Below, one piece after another: positions 47,111 to 55,211 of a stretch of DNA of 64,000 nt. Origin of the DNA: an uncultured Pelagibacteraceae bacterium (GTDB lineage: Bacteria > Pseudomonadota > Alphaproteobacteria > Pelagibacterales > Pelagibacteraceae); the NCBI GenBank assembly GCA_902587515.1, contig CACILM010000006.1, forward strand, positions 3,045 through 67,044, written 5' to 3'. Both the position numbers and the translations under genes were made by a program. The notes below the pieces were generated by a model. The model had not been told where the DNA came from, searched no databases, and saw only the letters and a list, made by a program, of their open reading frames with translations. The stretch's first letter is position 1, and each line of letters opens with the position of its first letter.

Positions 47111-48688
47111 ATGAAATCTTACATTAATCATTTAAAGACGACAAGATCTTTTGGGGAAACACTTCCTAAAAACTATAAACCTACAATGAGATCTAGTGCA
47201 ACTTTTCCTATCCAGTATAGAGCGGGACAGCTGGATACGATTTGTACATTTATGGGCTATTGGTTATTAAAAAGAAATATTGAAAAGGTTACTGCAATTA
47301 TAACTATTAGAAACAAAGATGGAGAAAAAATTAAGGTTGAAAGTCATGTAATTGATTCAACGAAATCCTATGTTTTTAAAGCTAGTCAATTTTTAAAAAA
47401 ACACAAACCTAAGTCTTTTTTAGGATCTTTTGAAATTGAAATTTTTTCAGCTGTAGATATGGTATTTCCTTACCCTGCTATTACATTTTCTTTTGAGAGT
47501 AAATTAGGTAAAACATTTGTTCATACATGCGGAAGAATATATAATGATTTTGATGATCTTTCCCAAAATAACAATCAAATTGTTCCAGAGTCGGGATTTG
47601 ATTTATATTTAGATAAAAAATACGAGCCTTTTTTTTCCTTTATTAATGGTCCAATCACAAACAATGGTAAAAAATATGAAATTGAAATAATTGATAAAAA
47701 AGGTTTTAAAAAAAAATTTTCTAGAAAACTTAAAAAGATGAAACCTTTTAGTACTGCGTGGATTCCTATTTTTCTTAAGGATCATGAGCGAAAAGGATTT
47801 TCTGGTGAAAAAGTTTCTATAAAAATTAAACATAATTTTGAGGGTTTTTTTCCAAGATTTGTTGCTGGTAATATCTATGATAGCTACAAAGCAATTAGCT
47901 TAACTCATAGTTATTATGATACTTCAGACGATCAAAATCCACACTCAATTTATAAAAATCCAGATAAAAAAAATTATTCAGATAGCACAGTATCAGTGCC
48001 TATAGACAATAGATTTGATGCGATAGAGTTAGTCGTTTATCCGAATTTAAAAAAAAAATCTACTAATTTAGAATTTCTATTTTTTGATAAAAAAGGAGTT
48101 TTCAAGTTTCAATCTAGTAATGTTATAGAAATAGCAAATAATACTAAAAATATAAAATATATAGATTTATTAGACTTAATTGAACAGGAAGGTCAAAAAC
48201 TTGAATTTGGTCATTGCAAAGTAGTTTTTGATGGTCATGGAGCAGTTCCAACTAGAATTAAATTAGGTTTAAATTTTTCTAGAGCAAGTAAAAAACATAA
48301 CCTTCCAAGCAACATATGTTTTAACGCAAATGTTCCAAACAAAAATTTAACAAAAAAACCTAGTACATTTAAATGGTGCACTGTTTTTTCTGCAAAAAAA
48401 CAAATGATCTACCTTATGAATAGTAGTTTTGTAAAAAAATATTCTCAAAATGCTCACATAAAAGCAAAGTTGTGGCGTGAGTTAGATGATAAACATCTTA
48501 AACTCAACTTCAAAATTAACGCAAACGGTGTTATTAATATTTTTGATAGTTTGGAAAAAAGGTTAGAAAATTTTCTAGGTAAAAATGGAATAGGTTGGAT
48601 TACTTTGGAATGCAATTCACCTTTTGTAAGTGGTTTTTATGTTACAGATTTTGGAAAAGGTGTTATAGGAGCTGACCATTTATATTGA
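47111..48688 (+). CDS. Hypothetical protein, 525 aa, no recognisable domain
   Basis: A long open frame in AT-rich DNA, 37 nt after the XRE gene. It has no signal peptide, TM helix or catalytic motif that I can name. Confidence 0.6.
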   Translation: MKSYINHLKTTRSFGETLPKNYKPTMRSSATFPIQYRAGQLDTICTFMGYWLLKRNIEKVTAIITIRNKDGEKIKVESHVIDSTKSYVFKASQFLKKHKPKSFLGSFEIEIFSAVDMVFPYPAITFSFESKLGKTFVHTCGRIYNDFDDLSQNNNQIVPESGFDLYLDKKYEPFFSFINGPITNNGKKYEIEIIDKKGFKKKFSRKLKKMKPFSTAWIPIFLKDHERKGFSGEKVSIKIKHNFEGFFPRFVAGNIYDSYKAISLTHSYYDTSDDQNPHSIYKNPDKKNYSDSTVSVPIDNRFDAIELVVYPNLKKKSTNLEFLFFDKKGVFKFQSSNVIEIANNTKNIKYIDLLDLIEQEGQKLEFGHCKVVFDGHGAVPTRIKLGLNFSRASKKHNLPSNICFNANVPNKNLTKKPSTFKWCTVFSAKKQMIYLMNSSFVKKYSQNAHIKAKLWRELDDKHLKLNFKINANGVINIFDSLEKRLENFLGKNGIGWITLECNSPFVSGFYVTDFGKGVIGADHLY

Positions 48689-48705
48689 CGTCATAAAGAA
48701 TTTTT

Positions 48706-48781
48706 TGGCTCCTCGGGCAGGACTCGAACCTGCGACCAATTGATTAACAGTCAACTGCTCTACCAACTGAGCTACCGAGGA
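48706..48781 (-). tRNA. tRNA-Asn (anticodon GTT)
   Basis: The reverse complement folds as TCCTCGG-TA-GCTC..GAGC-A-GTTGA-CTGTTAA-TCAAT-TGGTC-GCAGG-TTCGAGT-CCTGC-CCGAGGA-G-CCA. Confidence 0.9.
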
Positions 48782-48828
48782 ATAGAAGCGAACATACTTT
48801 TTTTAATAAAATAAAACAACTTGTTTTT

Positions 48829-48902
48829 TGGAGGCCACGCCCAGAATCGAACTGGGATAAAAGGATTTGCAATCCTCTGCGTAACCATTCCGCCACGTGG
48901 CC
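48829..48902 (-). tRNA. tRNA-Cys (anticodon GCA)
   Basis: The reverse complement folds with acceptor GGCCACG/CGTGGCC, anticodon arm GAGGA-TTGCAAA-TCCTT, T-arm CCCAG-TTCGATT-CTGGG, discriminator T and CCA. Confidence 0.9.
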
Positions 48903-48927
48903 CATCTTTTAAATAAAATCTTGAAAC

Positions 48928-49986
48928 TCATAATGATTTTAATCTATTTTTGTCACTATTAAATAAATATATCTTATTTTTTTGGAAGTAAATTGTAATA
49001 TTTTTATCTTTAATATTTTCAGCACTTTTTATTCTGATTTCTGTATTATTGAAATGTGAATATATAATTTTTTCTGACCCTAAATTTTCAATTAAATCAA
49101 CACTAACCTCAGCTACATATTCACTTTTATTTTCTAGAGAGATATCTTCTGGTCTAATACCTACATAAATACCATCTTCAAAATTTAAATTTTCAAATTT
49201 AATTTCTTTATTGAATAATTTAAATGTATTTTTGTTTATGATATCTTCAGTTCTAACCTTGAAAATATTCATTTTAGGATTGCCAATAAATTCTGCGACG
49301 AAAATATTATTTGGATTATTATAAATTTCCTCAGGGCTTCCAAATTGTTCAATCTTTCCTTTATTCATTATTACAATTTTATCAGCCAAGGTCATTGCTT
49401 CAATTTGATCATGAGTCACATAAATAATATTACTTTCAAGCTTTTTATGTAATTTTGAAATTTCTACTCTCATCTCTGACCTAAGGGCAGCATCTAGATT
49501 AGAAAGAGGTTCATCGAATAAAAATAACTTAGGATTTCTAGTTATAGCTCTTCCAATTGCCACCCGTTGCCTTTGACCTCCCGAAAGTTCCTTTGGTCTT
49601 CTATCCAGAAGATCTTCAATTTTTAAGATTTTTGCAGCTTCCTCTACTTTATTTTTAATATCAATTTTTGAAATCTTTTCAGATTTAAGACCGAACGAGA
49701 TATTCTGAAAAACATTCATATGGGGATACAAAGCATAAGATTGGAAAACCATAGCAATTTGTCTTCTTGAAGGTAATAAATCATTTAAAAGATTATTTTC
49801 TAAAAGTATTTTGCCATTATCTATTTTTTCTAATCCAGCTATCATTCTAAGCAGGGTAGATTTCCCGCAACCTGATGGACCTAACAGAACTATGAATTTA
49901 CCTTTTTCAACTTCAAGGTTAAATTTACTAATTACATTGTTTTGACCATAAGATTTATCAATATCTTCAAATTTCAAAAAGGCCAT
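48928..49986 (-). CDS. Sugar ABC transporter ATPase (MalK/UgpC type)
   Basis: 352 aa with canonical GPSGCGKST, LSGGQRQR, LFDEPLSNLD and VTHDQ motifs plus a C-terminal regulatory/TOBE-like domain. Confidence 0.9.
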   Translation of the reverse strand: MAFLKFEDIDKSYGQNNVISKFNLEVEKGKFIVLLGPSGCGKSTLLRMIAGLEKIDNGKILLENNLLNDLLPSRRQIAMVFQSYALYPHMNVFQNISFGLKSEKISKIDIKNKVEEAAKILKIEDLLDRRPKELSGGQRQRVAIGRAITRNPKLFLFDEPLSNLDAALRSEMRVEISKLHKKLESNIIYVTHDQIEAMTLADKIVIMNKGKIEQFGSPEEIYNNPNNIFVAEFIGNPKMNIFKVRTEDIINKNTFKLFNKEIKFENLNFEDGIYVGIRPEDISLENKSEYVAEVSVDLIENLGSEKIIYSHFNNTEIRIKSAENIKDKNITIYFQKNKIYLFNSDKNRLKSL

Positions 49987-50105
49987 AATTTATAAAATCT
50001 CAATTTTTTAATTTTATCAAACCTCGTATGCATTTTAATCATAGAAGTTTTCAATATCTTATTGTTAAACTTAAATCATTATTTAAATAATTAATAGGAG
50101 GAAAA

Positions 50106-51428
50106 ATGAGAAAAATCATAGCATTCATTTTTGCTTTAGCTTTATTAACGTCTAATAGTTTTGCAGACATTACTTTTTGGACCACAGAAGTTCAACCAGC
50201 AAGAATGGAAAAGCAAATGGAAATGGCTAAATCATTTCAGTCCAAAACTGGAATTAAAGTCGAGGTTATACCGGTAGAGGAAAAAGACCTTGGATCAAGA
50301 GCCACTGCTGCTGCAGCCGCAGGGAATCTTCCAGATGTAATTTATCACACACTTCAATATGTTTTACCTTGGGCAGAGGCAGGTATACTTGATGTAAACG
50401 CTAATAATGATGTTGTTAAAAGTTTAGGAAAAAAAACTTTTGCTCCAGGAGCATTGAACATGGCAAAAAAGGGTGGAAAAATTGCTGCTGTACCTGTTGA
50501 TGGATGGACACAAATGGTAGTTTATAGAAAAGACTTATTTAAACAAGCAGGTCTTGAACCACCGACAAGTTATGAAAATATTACAAAAGCTGTAAAAGTT
50601 CTGTCAGGCGGAGACATGTTTGGATTTGTAGCTGCAACTAAAACTGATGAAAACTTTATGAGTCAAGTTCTTGAACATGTTCTTTTAGCAAATGGTGTTA
50701 ATTTTGTTAAAAAAGGTGGAACAAAAAAACAAGGAAAAGCTCTTAAAAACTCTTTAGAGTTTTATAAAGTTATTGCTAAAGCAAGTCCTCCAGGTGAATT
50801 ATTCTGGAAACAATCTCGAGAGTTATATTTTGCTGGCAAAACGCCAATGATAATTTGGTCACCGTTTATAATGGATGAATTAGCTGGACTAAGAGACTCA
50901 GCTCCACCAACAATAAACAGCGATCCAACATCACCTGAACTTGCTTCTAAAACTGGTTTCATAACGAATTTTAGTGGACCAAATAATAAGAAAGGTGCTG
51001 CATGGGCAGATGTAAGATATTTCGGTATTACAGCTGATGCAGATACTGATGAAGCTAAAAAATTTGTTGAGTATTCTATGGACGAAGGTTACACAAGCAC
51101 GTTAGCAATCGCTCCTGAAGGTAAATTTCCTGTAAGAAGAGGAAATTCTTCAGATCCTGCTGCGTTTACAAAAGCTTGGAGTAAATTACCAGTTGGTGTA
51201 GATAGAAAAAAACCATTAACTGAACTTTATTCAACTGATGTAATCAATAACATTGTTGCTGGATTAGATACTGCAAACAGATGGGGTGTAAAAGAAGGGG
51301 AGCTTTCTAGAGCATCAAAAATAATCAATGCTCAATTCTTGAATAGAATTACAAGAGAATACATTGATGACCAGATAACTGTTGATGAGGCAGTTAAAAA
51401 AATTAATGCAGAATTAGCAAAATTCTAG
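50106..51428 (+). CDS. CUT1-family sugar ABC substrate-binding protein
   Basis: 440 aa with a signal peptide (..SNSFA/D) and a family-1 binding-protein layout. Codon usage is biased. Confidence 0.85.
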   Translation: MRKIIAFIFALALLTSNSFADITFWTTEVQPARMEKQMEMAKSFQSKTGIKVEVIPVEEKDLGSRATAAAAAGNLPDVIYHTLQYVLPWAEAGILDVNANNDVVKSLGKKTFAPGALNMAKKGGKIAAVPVDGWTQMVVYRKDLFKQAGLEPPTSYENITKAVKVLSGGDMFGFVAATKTDENFMSQVLEHVLLANGVNFVKKGGTKKQGKALKNSLEFYKVIAKASPPGELFWKQSRELYFAGKTPMIIWSPFIMDELAGLRDSAPPTINSDPTSPELASKTGFITNFSGPNNKKGAAWADVRYFGITADADTDEAKKFVEYSMDEGYTSTLAIAPEGKFPVRRGNSSDPAAFTKAWSKLPVGVDRKKPLTELYSTDVINNIVAGLDTANRWGVKEGELSRASKIINAQFLNRITREYIDDQITVDEAVKKINAELAKF

Positions 51429-51442
51429 CAAATTTATTTCTT

Positions 51443-51473
51443 AAAAGCGGATAATAGGTTATTATCCGCTTTT
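51443..51473 (+). terminator. Stem-loop (attenuator or translation-masking hairpin) between the binding-protein and permease genes
   Basis: The sequence is aaaaGCGGATAATA-ggt-TATTATCCGCtttt. The stem is perfect over 10 bp (14 bp with the A/T extension). It ends 2 nt before the permease ATG at 51476. Confidence 0.5.
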
Positions 51474-51475
51474 AA

Positions 51476-52735
51476 ATGAGTTCCACATTATCAAAAATAG
51501 AAAAAAGGACTGCATATACACTTCTTTTACCTGCTGTATGCCTGGTATTTGCAATAATTTTATTTCCAATTTTTGCAAACGTTTGGATTAGTTTTAAAGA
51601 AGTTGAACTCAAAGATATAAGAATTCCTGAGCCTAGGGCAAAAAAAATTGTTAAAAATATACAAGATAGCAATTCTGAATTAAAAATTATCTATAAATTA
51701 AGAAATAGTTCTCTAATCCAAGATATTGGAGAAGTTAGATTTTCAGATAAATTACCTAAAAATATTGATCCAGTTAATTTGGATCAAAGATGTGAATTCA
51801 AGTCACAAAAAGTTAAATGTTTTTTTGGAGATTGGGAAGCAGGATATCGTGAAAATTTTGAAATATTTGTAAAAGACGTAAATAATGATGCTATTAATAG
51901 TAAAGATATAAAATCTAGTAAACCAGATTTGAGTGGAAAATCAAATAATATTTTATTGACTACTGATTTTACTTTTAAAAATTTTAAAAATGTTTTCATA
52001 AATAACAATTTTGTTGAGCTTTTAATGACAACTTTTTACTTTACTTTTTTTGGAACACTTGGAGCTATTTTACTTGGCATATTTGCTGCTCAACTTGTAA
52101 ATCAAAAATTTTATGGAAGAACTTTCATGCGAAGTATACTGCTTTTTCCCTACGTAGGACCTGTTGTTGCTTTGGCTTATACTTGGACTTTACTCTTAGA
52201 TCCTAATAGCGGTACGATAAATTCTCTTCTTGTTAATTACGGAGTCATTGAAAAACCTATAAATTTACTTGGACAAAAGTATTTAATTATTAATATTTTA
52301 GGATTTGAGTTGAAACTTAGATTAGCATTGACAACAGTTATATTTTTTGAGATTTGGCGATATTTTCCTTTAGCTTTTTTATTTATATTAGCTAGACTAC
52401 AAGCTATTCCAAAGGATCTTTATGAAGCCGCGGATGTAGATGGTGCTGGGCCATTTAGAAAATTCTTTTATATTACTCTTCCACAAATTACAGCGATTTT
52501 ATCAATATTATTTATGATTAGATTTATTTGGAACTTTAATAAATTTGAAGATATATTTTTGTTAACAGGCGGTGCTTCGGGTACTTTAACGTTACCAATA
52601 AGCGTTTATCAACAAGGATTTGCAGTATCAAATATTGGCATGGGCTCAGCAGTTTCAATAGTAATCGTATTATTATTAATATCTTTTATGATTATTTATT
52701 TCAAATTAATTGGAAAAAAAGCAAATGAAATTTAA
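51476..52735 (+). CDS. CUT1 ABC permease (MalF/UgpA type) with an enlarged first periplasmic loop
   Basis: 419 aa with an EAA-loop region (LYEAADVDGAGPFRKFF). About 100 extra residues lie between TM1 and the conserved FKNF segment. Confidence 0.8.
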   Translation: MSSTLSKIEKRTAYTLLLPAVCLVFAIILFPIFANVWISFKEVELKDIRIPEPRAKKIVKNIQDSNSELKIIYKLRNSSLIQDIGEVRFSDKLPKNIDPVNLDQRCEFKSQKVKCFFGDWEAGYRENFEIFVKDVNNDAINSKDIKSSKPDLSGKSNNILLTTDFTFKNFKNVFINNNFVELLMTTFYFTFFGTLGAILLGIFAAQLVNQKFYGRTFMRSILLFPYVGPVVALAYTWTLLLDPNSGTINSLLVNYGVIEKPINLLGQKYLIINILGFELKLRLALTTVIFFEIWRYFPLAFLFILARLQAIPKDLYEAADVDGAGPFRKFFYITLPQITAILSILFMIRFIWNFNKFEDIFLLTGGASGTLTLPISVYQQGFAVSNIGMGSAVSIVIVLLLISFMIIYFKLIGKKANEI

Positions 52736-53918
52736 ATCTTTAATAATAACTTTACTTGCATCATCAATATTTCTTACAATAATAATTTGTATATGGAAAA
52801 TATTAGCAACTTTGCAAGGTTTAAGTTTTACAAATCTTAACTTTAATCTAAATCTATTATTATCACTCGGACTAGTTATAACTTGTGTATTTATTGGAAA
52901 AAAGTTTAATCATAACTTAAAAATTTTTATATTATCCTTATTATTTACAATTTTATATACATTTTTAAATGAAAATTCCCCTATGTGGTTTTCAGTAGGC
53001 ATTTTTTTACTAATTTTATTTTTTACAAATAAATTAAAAAAATATGATTTAAAATATTTAAATCAGGATTTTATATCTGAAAAAATTGTGTTTGAGTTTT
53101 TATCTTTATTTGCAATAGTATTTTTTGCATTAGTTATATTGTTCCCGTTTTATATAATGTTTGTTACCAGCTTTAAAACGCAAACAGCTTTATTAATTAA
53201 CCCGATTGATCTAAGTATTGATTTTTCAAAAAATATTTTTGAGATATTCAAATCTTACTTTGTCATTTTCAAAACGTATGATTTTGGTAGATATATTCTT
53301 ACAAGTACATATGTATCAATTGGAACTGTTTTAATAACCTTATTATTTGCTATCCCCGCAGCGTATGCTGTAGCAAGATTAAATTTCTTCGGTAAGACCT
53401 TTCTGTCAACATCAATATTAATTATTTATATGTTTCCAGCAATAGTATTAGTAATTCCTTTATATACTGTTTTTAGTCAACTAGGTTTGAGGAATTCTGT
53501 GGAAGGCTTACTAATAGTTTACACATCAACCACTTTACCTGTAGCCATCTATATGCTTCAGGGATACTTTAAAAGCATACCTAAAGAAATTGAAGAGGCG
53601 GGACTTATAGATGGACAAAATTGGTTTGGAATAATTATTAAAATAATAATTCCTCTTAGTTTACCTGCTATCGCTTCAGTATCGCTATACGTATTTATGA
53701 TAGCTTGGAATGAATTTTTATTTTCTCTCATGTTTTTAGATAATCCAAAAACATTCACATTATCTAGAGCAATAAATCATTTAACTGGTGATGCCGAAAC
53801 ACCACGGCAATATCTAATGGCTGGATCTGTGGTAGTTACTTTACCAATACTTTTAATTTTTATATATTTCGAAAAATATTTAGTAAGTGGTTTAACAGCT
53901 GGAAGTGTCAAAGGATAA
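52710..53918 (+). CDS. CUT1 ABC permease (MalG/UgpE type) with an N-terminal multi-TM extension
   Basis: 402 aa with an EAA-loop region (IEEAGLIDGQNWFGI). The core begins near residue 125. An alternative start lies at 52725. Confidence 0.8.
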   Translation: MEKKQMKFKSLIITLLASSIFLTIIICIWKILATLQGLSFTNLNFNLNLLLSLGLVITCVFIGKKFNHNLKIFILSLLFTILYTFLNENSPMWFSVGIFLLILFFTNKLKKYDLKYLNQDFISEKIVFEFLSLFAIVFFALVILFPFYIMFVTSFKTQTALLINPIDLSIDFSKNIFEIFKSYFVIFKTYDFGRYILTSTYVSIGTVLITLLFAIPAAYAVARLNFFGKTFLSTSILIIYMFPAIVLVIPLYTVFSQLGLRNSVEGLLIVYTSTTLPVAIYMLQGYFKSIPKEIEEAGLIDGQNWFGIIIKIIIPLSLPAIASVSLYVFMIAWNEFLFSLMFLDNPKTFTLSRAINHLTGDAETPRQYLMAGSVVVTLPILLIFIYFEKYLVSGLTAGSVKG

Positions 53919-55180
53919 TGAATAACTCAATTAAAGAAGCAAAGAGAACCTTGATAAATAATAGAAGATTAAATTATACTTTACCAACTAATACTAAACT
54001 TTATCCAGCCCAATGGAATTGGGACTCAGCTTTTATTGCATTAGGATATTCTAATTTCAATTTAGACTATTCATTTAAAGAACTTGAAACTCTGATTTCA
54101 GGACAATGGGATGACGGAATGATACCACACATTCTTTTCCATATAAAAGATTTAAATTATACTCCTAACTATAAAGCTTGGAATTGCGGTAAAAAAGTTT
54201 CCTCATCTGGAATAACTCAACCACCAATCTTGGCAAGTATTTTAAGGATAATTATTGAAAGACAAAAGTTTTCAAAAAAAGAAATAAAAAAATATCAGCC
54301 TTTAATTTTAAAGATTAAAAAATATTTAGAATGGTTTATTAGATACAGAGATCCTAAACGTACTGGTTTAATTTCTATACTTCACCCATGGGAAAGTGGT
54401 TATGATAATTCTCCTTTATGGGACAAACCGATGAGTAAGATCAAAACAGAATTAAATCTTAAATATAAGAGAAAAGATAATAAAATTATCAACCAAAGCC
54501 AAAGACCCTTGAAAATTGATTATGATAGATATGTAACTATTAAAAATCATTTAAAGGAAATGGATTATGATCCAAAAAAACTTTACTTTAAATCAAAATT
54601 TAATGTTGTAGATGTTGGATTTAATTCAATTTTTCTAAAAGCTTTAAAAGATATAGATTTTCTACTTAGATGTATAGATAAAAGAAATTCTTCCATAAAA
54701 AAATATATTCTTTTAAATGAGAGTAAACTTGTAAGATTATTTAACTCCAAAAAAATGATTTTTAAGAACAAAGATATAAGAAATAATAGTTTAGTAGCTA
54801 TACCCTCAATAACAAATTTTTTCATGCTATTTGCTGATTTAAATAATAATTCAATTAATAGATCATTAATAAAAAGTTTAAAAAAATATAATATAGATAA
54901 TAAATATTTTTTTCCTTCAATAAACTCTAAACATAAATCATTCGATGAAAAACGTTACTGGAGAGGACCAGTATGGGTTAATTGCAATTGGATTATATAT
55001 CAGGGTTTAAAAAATAAAGATAAGAAGTTTGCAGAATTAATAAGAAAAAAGACCTTGAATTTAGTGGAAAAAAAAAAATTTCGAGAATATTACAGTTGTA
55101 AATCAGGTTTAGGAATGGGTGCCAAAAATTTTTCTTGGACTGCTGCCTTATACCTAGATTTTAAACTTAATAGTTATTGA
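53918..55180 (+). CDS. (alpha/alpha)6-barrel glycoside hydrolase, GH63-like (mannosylglycerate/glucosylglycerate hydrolase-like)
   Basis: 420 aa with no signal peptide. The motifs YPAQWNWDSAFIALGY, HPWESGYDNSPLWD and RYWRGPVWVNCNWIIYQGL resemble the MGH1-like/GH63 family as I recall it. It overlaps the permease stop by 1 nt. Confidence 0.6.
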   Translation: MNNSIKEAKRTLINNRRLNYTLPTNTKLYPAQWNWDSAFIALGYSNFNLDYSFKELETLISGQWDDGMIPHILFHIKDLNYTPNYKAWNCGKKVSSSGITQPPILASILRIIIERQKFSKKEIKKYQPLILKIKKYLEWFIRYRDPKRTGLISILHPWESGYDNSPLWDKPMSKIKTELNLKYKRKDNKIINQSQRPLKIDYDRYVTIKNHLKEMDYDPKKLYFKSKFNVVDVGFNSIFLKALKDIDFLLRCIDKRNSSIKKYILLNESKLVRLFNSKKMIFKNKDIRNNSLVAIPSITNFFMLFADLNNNSINRSLIKSLKKYNIDNKYFFPSINSKHKSFDEKRYWRGPVWVNCNWIIYQGLKNKDKKFAELIRKKTLNLVEKKKFREYYSCKSGLGMGAKNFSWTAALYLDFKLNSY

Positions 55181-55211
55181 AATCTGTTATATATCTATAG
55201 ATATCAATAAA

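Noticed and set aside
46566-48781. Possible integrated genomic island at tRNA-Asn, with the 3-prime tRNA end facing the XRE/orphan pair.
   Set aside because: I found no integrase or recombinase gene. There is no convincing direct repeat of the tRNA-Asn 3-prime end in 46566-46707; the best match by eye is ttagcctttctgacccc versus ttggctcctcgggcagg, which is poor. There is no compositional discontinuity. I kept the module as an orphan-module finding but do not call it a mobile element.
49987-50105. Short AT-only inverted repeat TTAAAT-catt-ATTTAA in the divergent sugar-transporter promoter region.
   Set aside because: Six-bp A/T-only arms are expected frequently by chance at this base composition, and there is no supporting second site.
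55191-55204. 14-bp perfect palindrome ATATCTATAGATAT 8 nt upstream of valS.
   Set aside because: It is composed almost entirely of A/T in DNA of very low G+C. It is too short to form a stable hairpin with a loop. No second copy was noticed. Chance occurrence is plausible.
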